From Obrimoposthia wandeli (taxonomy: Eukaryota): a stretch of DNA of 64,000 nucleotides. The stretch spans positions 248,001-312,000 of the forward strand of contig CDROCS010001143.1 in NCBI GenBank assembly GCA_977020255.1, written 5' to 3'. Each line of letters starts with the position of its first letter. The stretch's first letter is position 1. Positions 30,622 through 41,444 of this stretch are shown here, one piece after another. The notes beneath the pieces are model-generated. The model was not told the origin of the DNA. It saw only the letters and a list, made by a program, of their open reading frames with translations, and ran no database searches. The translations under genes and the position numbers were made by a program.

Positions 30622-31509
30622 ATGAGTACAATGAACAGATTAAAAAGTAACATTCTCATTTTAGTTACGCATGCAATGCTATTAACAATGTTATTGATGA
30701 GCAATTTAGCGTTATCACAGGAGTCTTCTTTAGAAAATGAATTCACTCATTTCAAAAATATTGAAGCGAGCATCGAACAGTCAGCACTTGTTCTTCGTAT
30801 TAATACGCCACCACGAAATGCGGTTTCAAAGCTTACACTGGATGAAATTAATGCGGGGCTAGATGTGGCTGAACGCAATAAAAGCATTGGTGCAATCATC
30901 ATTACAGGAACAAATACTATTTTTTCATCCGGTGCTGGTGGTGAAAGTTTCAACAAAGCAGAAAAAAATGAAATGAGCCATGCGCTTATCGCACTTAAAT
31001 TATTCCAACGAATTGAATACTTCCCTAAACCTGTTATTGCTATTATTAGAGGTTTGAGTGCTGGTGGTGGTAATGAATTAGCCATGGCGTGTGACATTCG
31101 CATTGCAGGTGAAAGCGCTAAATTTCGACAACATGAATTACAAGCCGGTCTCATTCCTGGCTTTGGAGGAATGCAACGATTACAACGTATTATTGGCTCA
31201 GGCAGAGCGATGGAGATGATGCTGACAGGTCGAATAGTTGACTCAGAAGAAGCCTTATCGATAGGTCTAATAAGTGCTATTTACCCTGACGCTGATGTTG
31301 TTACTGAAGGTATTATTTTAGCGCAACAATTAAATGATAATGTCGATAAACATGCTATTGCTGAGTTCAAAAACCGTATGGCCGATTCTTATGATGAATC
31401 TTACCGAACTGCACTACACAATGATCAAAAAGCCTTCGATAAAATTGCTTCTTCTGAAGAAGCACATGAAGCTTTACTGCGATATATTGAAAAACAGAAA
31501 AAAAAGTAA
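30622..31509 (+). CDS. Signal-peptide-bearing enoyl-CoA hydratase/crotonase paralog 2
   Basis: Hydrophobic leader ending ALS-Q; FSSGAG, PKPVIA, GGGNELAMACDIR, QHELQAGLIPGFGG. Confidence 0.85.
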   Translation: MSTMNRLKSNILILVTHAMLLTMLLMSNLALSQESSLENEFTHFKNIEASIEQSALVLRINTPPRNAVSKLTLDEINAGLDVAERNKSIGAIIITGTNTIFSSGAGGESFNKAEKNEMSHALIALKLFQRIEYFPKPVIAIIRGLSAGGGNELAMACDIRIAGESAKFRQHELQAGLIPGFGGMQRLQRIIGSGRAMEMMLTGRIVDSEEALSIGLISAIYPDADVVTEGIILAQQLNDNVDKHAIAEFKNRMADSYDESYRTALHNDQKAFDKIASSEEAHEALLRYIEKQKKK

Positions 31510-31595
31510 TCGCTTACTATTAGAATTTTGTTCTGTCGTAAGGACGGTTCAGTAAAATAAAGTGAACAGTGAATATGTCGATATTTCCATCGGCG

Positions 31596-32543
31596 TTATT
31601 TATACATTTGTTGATAACCTGGCATATGTGCTAACCAAAACGGAGGAGTACCAATATATTCCTGAACGTCTTTAATAAATTCAGTTACTAAAAGTGTTTG
31701 TTTCCTATGTGGATATACGGCGTAGATGCCGGTATCCATCGTTGATAACACGTGATCAGTTAGTAGTGGAATAAGTTCTAATTGGTCGATGGGACGTTCA
31801 AGATTAAACAGATCGATCAAGGTATAACCTAAACCATCTTTAACTGCATCAACCATGGCTCTGACATCACTGACTTTATAGCTTCCTTTCATCTTATAAT
31901 TTTTAAGTTGATCTCCGTGAGGTCTTTCACTTAATCGTATTTGATCTAGGCTAGTATCACCATTGCTGTAGATAACGGCAGGTAAACGGATAAGTTCTTC
32001 TGGTGTTGATGGAAGGCCATGCTGTTTAATGAAATCTTTAGAGGCAATAATCGCAAAATTTGTTTTGGCTAATTTTCTGGCAATAAGGTTAGATTCGGTC
32101 AACTTTCCAACTCGAAATGCGAGATCAAAATGATCGGCGATAATATCGGTTTTTTTATCATCTAATGAAAGTGTTATTTTTACTTTTGGATGTTGCTTCA
32201 TAAATTGTGAGATAACAGGTTGTAGGTACAGTTGCCCGAAAAATATTGAAGAGGTAATGCGCAAAATACCTTTTGCTTCAGAATGATAAGAGTTGGCTAT
32301 ATTTTCAATATGCTCAAGCGTATCTAGCAGAATATGCGTCTGCTCAAGAATGTCTTCTCCCGCAGAGGTTAAGGAAAATGAACGCGTAGAACGATTCAGT
32401 AGTTGAACACCTAATGTTGATTCTAATTTTTTTATTTGCTTAGAAAGCGATGAATTATCCATGTCACGTAATGTAGCTGCCTTTGCAAAAGAGCCCTGCT
32501 GTACAACATCCAGAAATAACGATAATTGGCTGGTAATAGACAC
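31596..32543 (-). CDS. LysR family regulator
   Basis: GSFAKAA, LSKQIKKLE..LGVQLLNRSTRS, FDLAFR; GTG start behind an AAAGGA RBS. Confidence 0.92.
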   Translation of the reverse strand: MSITSQLSLFLDVVQQGSFAKAATLRDMDNSSLSKQIKKLESTLGVQLLNRSTRSFSLTSAGEDILEQTHILLDTLEHIENIANSYHSEAKGILRITSSIFFGQLYLQPVISQFMKQHPKVKITLSLDDKKTDIIADHFDLAFRVGKLTESNLIARKLAKTNFAIIASKDFIKQHGLPSTPEELIRLPAVIYSNGDTSLDQIRLSERPHGDQLKNYKMKGSYKVSDVRAMVDAVKDGLGYTLIDLFNLERPIDQLELIPLLTDHVLSTMDTGIYAVYPHRKQTLLVTEFIKDVQEYIGTPPFWLAHMPGYQQMYK

Positions 32544-32652
32544 ATTGATTCCTTTAATCACAAATTTTATAGATAACCTATCACGATATTACGCCAATTT
32601 AATGCAATATAATATGGACACTATCGTGCTAGCTGAATAATTAAAAACAGTG

Positions 32653-32781
32653 GGTTGTGTCGCAAAGTTTGGCTCCGTTGCAAACCGTTTACCAGGTAGC
32701 TTATCCTATAATCAGCAACTTTTAGCTATAAACTTAGCAGTAAGTTAGTAATCAGACGGATCTGGAGGCAGCACATAATAC
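32653..32781. mobile_element. Orphan IS6-family termini
   Basis: GGTTGTGTCGCAAAGTTT at 32653 directly followed by IS26-like GGCTCCGTTGCAAA at 32671. Confidence 0.65.
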
Positions 32782-33590
32782 GGTTGTGTCGCAAAGTTTA
32801 GTTGATTAATACATAATGCCCGACTTTTCGATGAGCCCATCCAAATGATAAACCTCAAAGGTATGCATTACCCGAAGCACATTATCCTTTTTGCTGTATT
32901 CTTCTACGTCAGATACGGTGTTTCCTACCGAGATCTAGAGGACATCATGCAAGAAAGAGGTGTGAATGTCGATCATGCTACGTTGAACCGATGGGTCGTT
33001 AAGTATTCACCAGTGATTGTTCAACTGGCTAAGAAAAAGAGAAAACCAACGTCTCCTTCTTGGAGAATGGATGAAACTTATATTAAGGTAAAAGGGCGCT
33101 AGTGTTATTACTATCGAGCGATTGATAAGTTTGGTGCCACGTTAGATTTCATGCTCTCTACAAATCGTGACCTTAGTTGTGCTGGAAGCCGCCAGCTACA
33201 AGGTTCTTCAAAGCAATCCATTGACAATAAATCTTGGATGCCAGAGAGAAAGTTGTCATTGATAAAAGTGGTGCCAACTATGCTGGGTTGATGAATATCA
33301 ATACTCTGTTACTTCTCTTTGGCCTCACACACTTTATCAACATATTACGAGTGAAGTATTTAAATAATAGATCATCGATTCATCAAGAAAATAACGAAGC
33401 CGATGATGAATTTCAAAGCGTTTCATTCTGCCAGTGCGACGTTAGCCGGTATTGAGTTGGCTCACATGATTAGAAAGAAACAGTTCAAGAACCCAGATCT
33501 TTCGGATTATCATCAATCTTTAGAACTTGTCGCATAATCACGTCTAAGGATTAGTGTTTTTAGGTTAAATTGAAACTTTGCGACACAACC
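32782..33590 (+). mobile_element. IS6-family element with a frameshifted transposase
   Basis: Perfect 18-bp IRs at 32782-32799 and 33573-33590; YGVSYRDLE, WRMDETYIKVKG, DKSGAN, YLNN. Confidence 0.9.
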
Positions 33591-33607
33591 CAGGATGTAC
33601 GGTATTA

Positions 33608-33690
33608 AGCGCTGCCATGAATGGCAAAGAGCGCTTTGGTTCGCTTTCTTTTGGCCACTCAAAAGAAATGAACTCGACGAAGTCGAAGCC
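33608..33690. repeat. REP-like hairpin cluster
   Basis: TGCCAT-GA-ATGGCA (33613-33626) and TTTCTTTTG-gccact-CAAAAGAAA. Confidence 0.45.
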
Positions 33691-33967
33691 CTTAAAAAAC
33701 CTTTAAGCTATTGACCTAAAATTTCAAAAATGAAATCAGTTAAAATCTTTGAATTATAGTTACTTCCAATCAACCCATCACTCCTTCAACAGGTAGCAGC
33801 GCTTGTTCAGCATTGGCTATAGGCACTTCTTCGCAGCTTTGGTTCCTAAAGCACGCTGTAATTGTCACTCGTGAATTTAACGAGCGAAATTATTGGCCAG
33901 TCGCTATCGACTGCGTCGAAGATGATAAAACTAAGCCATCTAGTCTTGATTATAGGTTACCCTGAGC

Positions 33968-36176
33968 CTAAAGAGTGCTCGGCAAATCTTTTAATTGAAT
34001 ATCAGGCTTAAAGTAACGCTGGTGCAGTAGTTTTTGCATATCTTCAGCAGATAGCGGCTTGGCTATATAAAAACCTTGCGCATAATCACATCCCATATCC
34101 TCTAACAGCTGCAGCAGATTACTTGTTTCCACACCCTCGCCAACTACTTTGAGACCCAATGAATGCGCCAAATCAATCATCGATTTTATAACCTTGTCAC
34201 TGTTCTTACCCATATGGAGCAGGAAGCTTTTATCTATTTTTAACTCGCTAACAGGCAACATGATTAGATAAGAAAACGATGAGTAACCAGTACCAAAATC
34301 ATCTATCGATACCGCAAACCCTTTCCCGGTTAACTGATGCAAAATTTCTATCGCCTTTTCTGGATCTTCCATCGCAGTGGTCTCAGTAATTTCTAGATTT
34401 ATATTACTGGGAGAGACTTTCAATGATCTGCATGTGTTTTCCAATAAATCGGGTATTTTAGGCTGGCTAAACACTCGACCGGATATATTAATAGATATTG
34501 ATAACGAACTATCGATTTCGCAATAGCTTTTACACTGTTTGCAAGCTTGCTGAAACACCCATTGAGTCAACTCATGAATGCTACCATTTCGCTCAAAAAT
34601 AGGAATGAATTCAACGGGAGATATTAGCCCAAGGGTGGGATGTTGCCAACGTACCAATGCTTCTATCTTGGTAACACGCTTGGATTTTATTGCCAGTATT
34701 GGCTGGTAAACCAAAAATAACTGGTTATTTTCTATGGCCTTATTGAAATCTTGGGCCAATTGAGACTCTCGTCTTAATCTCAAATCTTCTTCAACGCTAT
34801 ACAATTCATAGCTAATACCAGATTTCTTTTGGCATGATGGTATATTTGCCATATCGGCACTCTTAATCAGCGTAGCAGCATCTTCCCCGTGTTGAGGATA
34901 GATGGCAGTGCCAATATTAGCGTTGATTAGGATACTTTGAATATTAGTGTCATTGCATACAACAGGTGTTTGAAGCACCTTCAAAAATTTTCGAACTATT
35001 AACTCTCCATCACTATGATCATCATTGCCCAGAGCAAACAAAGCGTAAAACTCATCACCTCCCATGCGCGCTAAGGTGTCGGTACTTCGCAAAACACCCA
35101 CTAGCCTCTTGGCAACTTCGACAAGTATTATGTCTCCAATTTGATGACCATAGTTATCGTTGATGTGCTTAAATTTTGTCAGGTCGATACTGGCAACTAT
35201 AAACCGACTGTGATTACGTTGACCGGTCATAAGGAATTGCTCCAGACGATCCTGAATATAGTGCCTCTATTAGGGAAGAGAAGTCAAAGCATCGTGCAAT
35301 GCTAAATGCCTCAGTTCTTCATTAGCCTTTAATAGAGATTTAGTACGCTCTAAACCTGCTCTTCGAGCTTTCGTTTCTGTGATTCAATAATTCCATTTTA
35401 TCCACAATAGCAATGCGCATATGGTCAAAGTTAGTCGCTAACAACAGATCTCATCGAAGTCATGTTTAGCCTTGACCACATCATCGAGAACCTTCGAACT
35501 ACTGAGCGTTTCCCAAGCTTATCTGGATTTAATGCACTAGCTGCATCGGCCAATGCGTTTAGCGGTTTGGCTATGAATCGATTAACAAAGTAAAAAAGAT
35601 TAACCACAAAGCGGCAGTCTTTTATTATCGAGTTGATGACTATTAATATTAAACTGTATTTCACACGATCTATTATCGTATTCACATCTGTATAAATATG
35701 ACCATAACCTATCAACTTAATTGGGCCGTCTTTGTCATCCTGATATTCGAGGGGAAATGTATATTCAAACAAAGTTTGACGAGCTGTCGAGCCTGCTCGG
35801 ATCAGCGCTATCTCTTTCATTCTTGGGTCTTCCAGGTTTTTACTAAACAAAACCTGACTACCTTCAATCACAACATCTCCAACAGCAGCTAAACCTGGTC
35901 ACGTTCATCGATGATTTTGATACCTGATACGGTATCAATTTTTGTCATACCTAAAAGTGTCACCTTGAGTTGATAGGTATCGAACAACCATATCGAATTT
36001 ATAAAGCTGTCTTTGAATGACTTCTCAAGATCATAAACTTGACTAAATACATTACTTTTTACATGGTTGTATTCAGAAATTAACTGGATACCAGTAATGA
36101 GTATGGCAACAATTAAGTAACAACCAAAAACATAACGCAGTAAGCGCAGGCCAATACCCTTTTTATAACTACCCAT
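33968..36176 (-). pseudogene. Membrane sensor-GGDEF-EAL protein, N-terminal half fragmented
   Basis: RMGGDEF, IEALVRW, DDFGTGYSS intact in 33968-35230; TM/periplasmic parts split over ORFs 35431-36176. Confidence 0.8.
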
Positions 36177-36800
36177 AGATTACTTTCAAGCCGAATTGGG
36201 CTGGTAGCTGCACTAAGGGATCATCAACGATTAATTCATCTAGGGCGTTATAGCTGGATTCAAGAATTCGCGAACTGATCAAATTATTAAAAGCATAACC
36301 CGTAACTGAATCTATCAAAATATTTTTGCCGTATTTCCAATTCATATTCAAAAACCTCTTGAAAAATTGCCGCATACTCAGTCCGTGAGAAATACATAAC
36401 TAAATTTAGGGAGGGGGTAAACAACTATAAAGATAAACTAATATCCATTTCAGGTGAAATTTTTGTTAACTAGGTAGCTCGTTAAATACCAGACAATTCA
36501 AATGACATCTCCTATACAAGCTCTATATTTATCAACACTTACAGTCAGTTTTTTGGAATAGATTAATACTAATATTAATAATACGTTTATGATACAGTAC
36601 TGGCAAGGTCATAAAATGTGTATTAATTTTTATTCTCCTGATCGGATAGCGGGATTGCTCTTTATAGTTTACATTTGAGTGCCTTTTATAAATTTTGTTG
36701 CCTTTTTTAAAGGACACTGTTCTTTGCGTTTTATTATAGAACAGTAAGCTATTCCCTCAGCAACTCACCCCCTCAAAATAGAGCATTTAAGGAACCTGCT

Positions 36801-37490
36801 ATGAACTATCTGTTGATACTAATATCTTTTTCCCTTATTTCCAGCGCCCACGCTGCCTACACCGATTTACTTGTCACCACTGATATACGTCCTCCCTTTG
36901 AATTCAAAGGGAGCAATGGGAAGCTTAAAGGGGTTGCTGTTGTTGCTGTCACCTGCACATTAGACAAATTAGATGTCAAATATAGTATTAAAATCATGCC
37001 TTGGTCTCGTGCTCAAAAATCTGTTGAAGCAGGTACTGCAGATGGTTTTTTTGCCGCATCTCACAATGATTCAAGAGATAAATATGCCAGTTTATCTACC
37101 GTGATGGTCGAACAACACTGGAATTGGTATCTATCTCCAAAGCTCACACTCTCCCCGGACTCCGATGAATTTAAAGCCAATGTTAAAGTTTCCTCGTGGT
37201 TAGGATCAAATTCATTAAAGTGGCTAAACAAACAAGGTTATAAAGTTAAGCAACCCAGTAAAAACAACCAGGATTTAGTCAAGCGACTGCTCGGTGGACG
37301 ATTAGACGGTGTATTCGCTAGTAACTATGTTTTTGAGCAAGCCCTTGTCGACTTAGGGAAAGACCTAAGTGAGGTAAAGGTTGTAGAAGGTATATTTAAG
37401 CCCATGGGGGTTTATTTCTCTAAAACCTACTTGAAGACTAACCCCGGATTCATGGACAGTTTTAATAGTGCCGCTGCCAGTTGTAAATAA
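36801..37490 (+). CDS. Family 3-type substrate-binding protein
   Basis: Signal peptide (AHA), RPPF, MPWSRAQ, DGFF. Confidence 0.8.
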   Translation: MNYLLILISFSLISSAHAAYTDLLVTTDIRPPFEFKGSNGKLKGVAVVAVTCTLDKLDVKYSIKIMPWSRAQKSVEAGTADGFFAASHNDSRDKYASLSTVMVEQHWNWYLSPKLTLSPDSDEFKANVKVSSWLGSNSLKWLNKQGYKVKQPSKNNQDLVKRLLGGRLDGVFASNYVFEQALVDLGKDLSEVKVVEGIFKPMGVYFSKTYLKTNPGFMDSFNSAAASCK

Positions 37491-37509
37491 AGCCTCAAAC
37501 CTAGTGCTG

Positions 37510-37900
37510 ATTAGTTACAAAGTGATATGTTTTATGCCATCCGCTGGCGTTATTCAGGCCTTGAATAAAACACTCCCCTTGTAACACTACCCGTGTAAGG
37601 CTGCTGTTGTGTCTTAGCTCTCAAGTTGATCACAAATTTAACATCTCCAGCCCATAACTTCTGCAGATTCGGCGACCTTATACAGCCTAGTAAAAAGTTG
37701 CTCATTCCCCTTAACTAATCTAAATTATCTTTAGTCGCTTAAGATCAGCGAAAGCTTCTTGTTACCAGTGATCAACTTTACTCCTTTATACTTATTCATG
37801 CCTGGGAGATTGGGTGACCTGAGATGGTCGTTTTTTCATATCCTTTAGGCTCTGTTTACATGCCTATAGCTTCGTCACCTACACTTGAATAAATTACCAT
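37510..37900 (-). pseudogene. Decayed hypothetical gene divergent from the ECF sigma
   Basis: Protein-like pieces (GMNKYKGVKLITGNKK, GNEQLFTRLYKVAESAEVMGW) broken by stops. Confidence 0.3.
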
Positions 37901-38273
37901 GTTAACTCTTCATAAAGTTATTATTACTATTTTTCTAACGGTATTTAAAAAGGTACATTGAAGAACGTTTTCATATTATTTTTAAAAAATGAAAAATAAA
38001 TGCAATCAAAAGTACTGCTGCTTCGTTAGTGTTATGAACAGCAGTTATTTTCATTTATGCGTTCACTGTTTAAACATGTGAGCAGGCCTCTAATATAATC
38101 TGAGGGGACTTGTGATAAACGTTACTTTTTAGTGATTTTTGCAGACGACAAGTAGCTTTTTACATTCGTCATAAAAAAAGTTTATTATAAGACAGATGTG
38201 TTACGGGTTTGCTCACATGTTACCCATTTTCAAACTAGGCTTAGCTCACTAGTTTTCATTTTGTATTATTAGG

Positions 38274-38810
38274 TTGTTGTTAACTACTGTTATGTTTGAA
38301 ACATTTTGGCCCAGCCATAAAGTTACTTTCGATGAAAAATTATTAAACGATTTATATCGTTATGCCCTTTCTCTTGCACATGAAGAACACCAAGCATACG
38401 ACTTGTTACAAAGCTGTTGCGAAAAAGCGTTAAGTAAAAAAATTGACCAACAAAGTTTAAAACCTTACATGTTACGCATGATACGCAATCAGTTTATCGA
38501 TCAGTATCGGCGTAACAAACTAGAGCTAGTGATTGATACCGACTTTAGTGCCCAAGAAAAAATTGCTGAACAAGTCACTTTGCAAGATCTAGAACAAATC
38601 GCAATAGATCAGCAACATGTCGCATTAGTTTTAAATAAATTAGATTATCAAGACAGAGAATTACTCTACCTTTGGGCAGTTGAAGGTATCACCATGCAAG
38701 AACTTGCTGAGCGTACTAACACCCCAAGGAGCACTTTACTAGCGCGTTTAAGTAGATTAAAAAAACGTTTAAAAAAGCAATACTCGCATTTAATCGGTCA
38801 GGTTTCATAG
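38274..38810 (+). CDS. ECF sigma factor
   Basis: LYRYALSLA, AYDLLQ, RNQFID..RR, region 4 TPRSTLLARLSRLKKRL; start may be 38292. Confidence 0.88.
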   Translation: MLLTTVMFETFWPSHKVTFDEKLLNDLYRYALSLAHEEHQAYDLLQSCCEKALSKKIDQQSLKPYMLRMIRNQFIDQYRRNKLELVIDTDFSAQEKIAEQVTLQDLEQIAIDQQHVALVLNKLDYQDRELLYLWAVEGITMQELAERTNTPRSTLLARLSRLKKRLKKQYSHLIGQVS

Positions 38811-38811
38811 T

Positions 38812-39415
38812 ATGAAAAATAACACTGAAGCTAAAAGTTTGAAAAAACAACTTCAATCTCACTATGTGCAACAACACTTAACCTATGAGCAGATATTAAG
38901 ATTGCAGCGTTTGCAAGAAACGACACCTATTGCAGGCTCTAAAATAAGTGCTTCGCTTTAAGGCAATGGAAAGTGCTAAAGCCGCTACAATGCAGTATTG
39001 GCTAGTGCTGTTGGCGGTCGCTGGATATTTATTTTTTTTAGCAGATCAAGATTACAGTGTAATTTCAAAGCAAATTGCCTATAACCATAACAGTAAAATG
39101 CAAATGGAGGTATTCAGCCCTGAGTTGCAAACTGTTCAAGGACACCTTAATAAGCTTGGTTTTGATTTAGTTTCTTCATCCAAAATCAACAAAGACAAAT
39201 GGCAGTTAATTGGCGGCCGATATTGCAATATAAATGGCAAAATTGCGGCTCAAATGAAATTAAGACATTCTGAAACTAAAGCTATTTATACCTTCTACCA
39301 AGCGAAAGTTGCCGGCGATGTTATCAATAATCTTGACGATAATGAAACAGCAATTGATGGTGTTAAAGTTAAGCTTTGGCGTGAAAAAGGCTTATTAATG
39401 GGCCTAGCTTTTTAA
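38812..39415 (+). pseudogene. Putative anti-sigma factor, one frameshift
   Basis: ATG 1 bp after the sigma stop, single TM segment, periplasmic GGRYCNING; frame change near 38950. Confidence 0.65.
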
Positions 39416-39485
39416 GTACAGCACTCCTTAACCAACACCATATTTGCTGTTCATTCTAATGCAGCGCAGTGCACTTGATTTAAAA

Positions 39486-40088
39486 TCAACCTCTAGCAAT
39501 AAGCAATGCGGCGCCTATAATTCCTAGCCCTAAAGACCTGCCAATAATATTAGCTATTTTTGATACATTGACATAATCAAATACTTTTTTGCCAATTGAG
39601 CCGTAAAAATTCATCACAAAAAACAAGCACAAAAGCTTTAGCCCACCGAAATATAAAATATCTTCTAAGAAATAATCAACACGGGTAAAGTTTGGAAATA
39701 GCGCTAAAAAAAACAATAAGGCTTTCGGGTTTGATAACGAAGTAAACACCCCTTGTAGGTAAACTTTCCAATACTTTTTAGGCTTAGCACCTGACAATGC
39801 CTTTTGCTTACCTATACCATAACGACAAATTTTATAGCCCATAAACGCTAAGTAAGCCGCTCCCAAATAGCGCAGTGTTTCAAAAGCTGCGGGTGATTGT
39901 GTAACTAATAACCCCAAGCCTGTTGCGACTAAACTAATCCAAATAAAATTAGCACTAAGCAACCCTAAAATAGCGGTTAATACATAGCGATAGCCAAAAG
40001 CAGATTGATAAAGCACAAACAACATAGCCGGCCCAGGAGTAAATTCCAACAGCAGTGTCACCGCTAAAAATTGCAACGTTAGTTCCAT
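39486..40088 (-). CDS. LysE family translocator
   Basis: TPGPA, YLGAAYL..GY, SLSNPKA.LFFLALFP. Confidence 0.9.
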   Translation of the reverse strand: MELTLQFLAVTLLLEFTPGPAMLFVLYQSAFGYRYVLTAILGLLSANFIWISLVATGLGLLVTQSPAAFETLRYLGAAYLAFMGYKICRYGIGKQKALSGAKPKKYWKVYLQGVFTSLSNPKALLFFLALFPNFTRVDYFLEDILYFGGLKLLCLFFVMNFYGSIGKKVFDYVNVSKIANIIGRSLGLGIIGAALLIARG

Positions 40089-40145
40089 TATTCATTTGCC
40101 CTTATCAGTAATTATTAAGTTAACGCCTTTTATACCTACCTACCC

Positions 40146-40170
40146 AGCTCATAGCTCATAGCTCATAGCT
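40146..40170. repeat. AGCTCAT heptamer x3.5
   Basis: Direct reading. Confidence 0.8.
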
Positions 40171-40197
40171 TGTGGCTCGTAACTCGAGACTCGTCCC

Positions 40198-40689
40198 CTA
40201 CAAACCAACAACCGTACTACGCCGCTCTAACAAGATCACATCGCGCCAGACACCTTGCATTTTACCAAGTGCTTCTCGGCATCCGATCACTTTAAAACCT
40301 ACACTTTTATGCAGTGCGATACTTGCAGTATTTTCAGGAAAAATTGCCGATTGTAATGTCCAAAAACCTAATACTTCGGAATGCGCTATTAAGGCAGTAA
40401 ATAGTTTTTTACCCACGCCACGCCCCATCGCTTCAGCGGCAACATAAATGCTTATTTCGGCAACGCCACTATAAACTGCACGCGATGAGATAGCTGATAA
40501 CCCAGCCCAACCGGTACCTCTGGTGCCGTAGTATTACTGTATTGTAACAACTAAAAGTAGTATCTTCTAACATTGAGTTTGCCACTGTAACCAGCTTTTC
40601 AATTGAATTGAAACGTTACCCGTTTGTCCCTGCTGATAAATGTCTTGGACTCGCTCAAAATCAAGTTCTGTAAAACGACGTATATCCAT
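40198..40689 (-). pseudogene. Phosphinothricin N-acetyltransferase-like GNAT, frameshifted
   Basis: GWAGLSAISSRAVYSGVAEISIYV, GRGVGKKL, TLQSAIFPENTASIALH, WRDVILLERRS. Confidence 0.8.
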
Positions 40690-40779
40690 AATATATTGGT
40701 AATTTTCTCTCTTTAAAATTAATATAAAGAGTTGCACCTTACAGTGAATTTACTTCTGGGCTTAAAGCTCGCGGCTTGA

Positions 40780-41240
40780 TACTTATTTATAAAGCTGCGT
40801 TGTACATTCGTTTCAGGCCCGCTGCGCAAGCAACTTGTGCGGCAGCAGCCGTTTTGTCTACACCTAGTTCGTATAATAAACAGATTGCTGCTGTACTGTT
40901 CGCCCTATCCCCGCTGCACAGTGTATTAATAGCTTAGCACCTCGCCTGAGGTATTGGCTAAACCCATGCAGCACTTGTGCGTATTGCTGCGGGTTGCTAG
41001 GTGTTGAAAAATCTTCTATTTCATATATTTCAAGCGACTATTCTGCTTCACCTGCTGTATGGTTGCGTAACCTGGCGATTTTACTGAAATTTCCTCACAC
41101 CTGTTAAGCACAAAATATGTTTTATATTAGAGACTCACTGGCCTTTTCAAATCTAACCAGCTTTCTTTGCGCCCAGGCATACTGTGTAGGTAAATATTGC
41201 CTTTATGCTTTATCGTTACTTGTCTAAACACCGCCTGTTT
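40780..41240 (-). pseudogene. Tyrosine/dual-specificity phosphatase-like, frameshifted
   Basis: Hand translation gives YLHSMPGR and LLIHCAAGIGRT (CX5R); limits approximate. Confidence 0.7.
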
Positions 41241-41444
41241 CCTTCAATCTATTAAATAAAACAAGTAGATGATGATATACCGCTATCTTTTTTGTCAGTA
41301 TTTATCTAGCTTTCAGCGACTTTCAGCCTCGTTAAATGTAAAAGTTTCACTAAAGCATGCAAAACTAACTCGGAAATAAGTAAAAAATCTTGGCATTTTG
41401 ATCATTATTAATAAAAACAAATAATAGCGGAATTATTTTTAAAT

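Noticed and set aside
40146-40170. Heptamer/decamer microrepeats (also ACGCTCA near 57400 and GAAGTAGAGT near 58883) as phase-variation tracts
   Set aside because: Only 2-3.5 copies, intergenic and not in an evident promoter.
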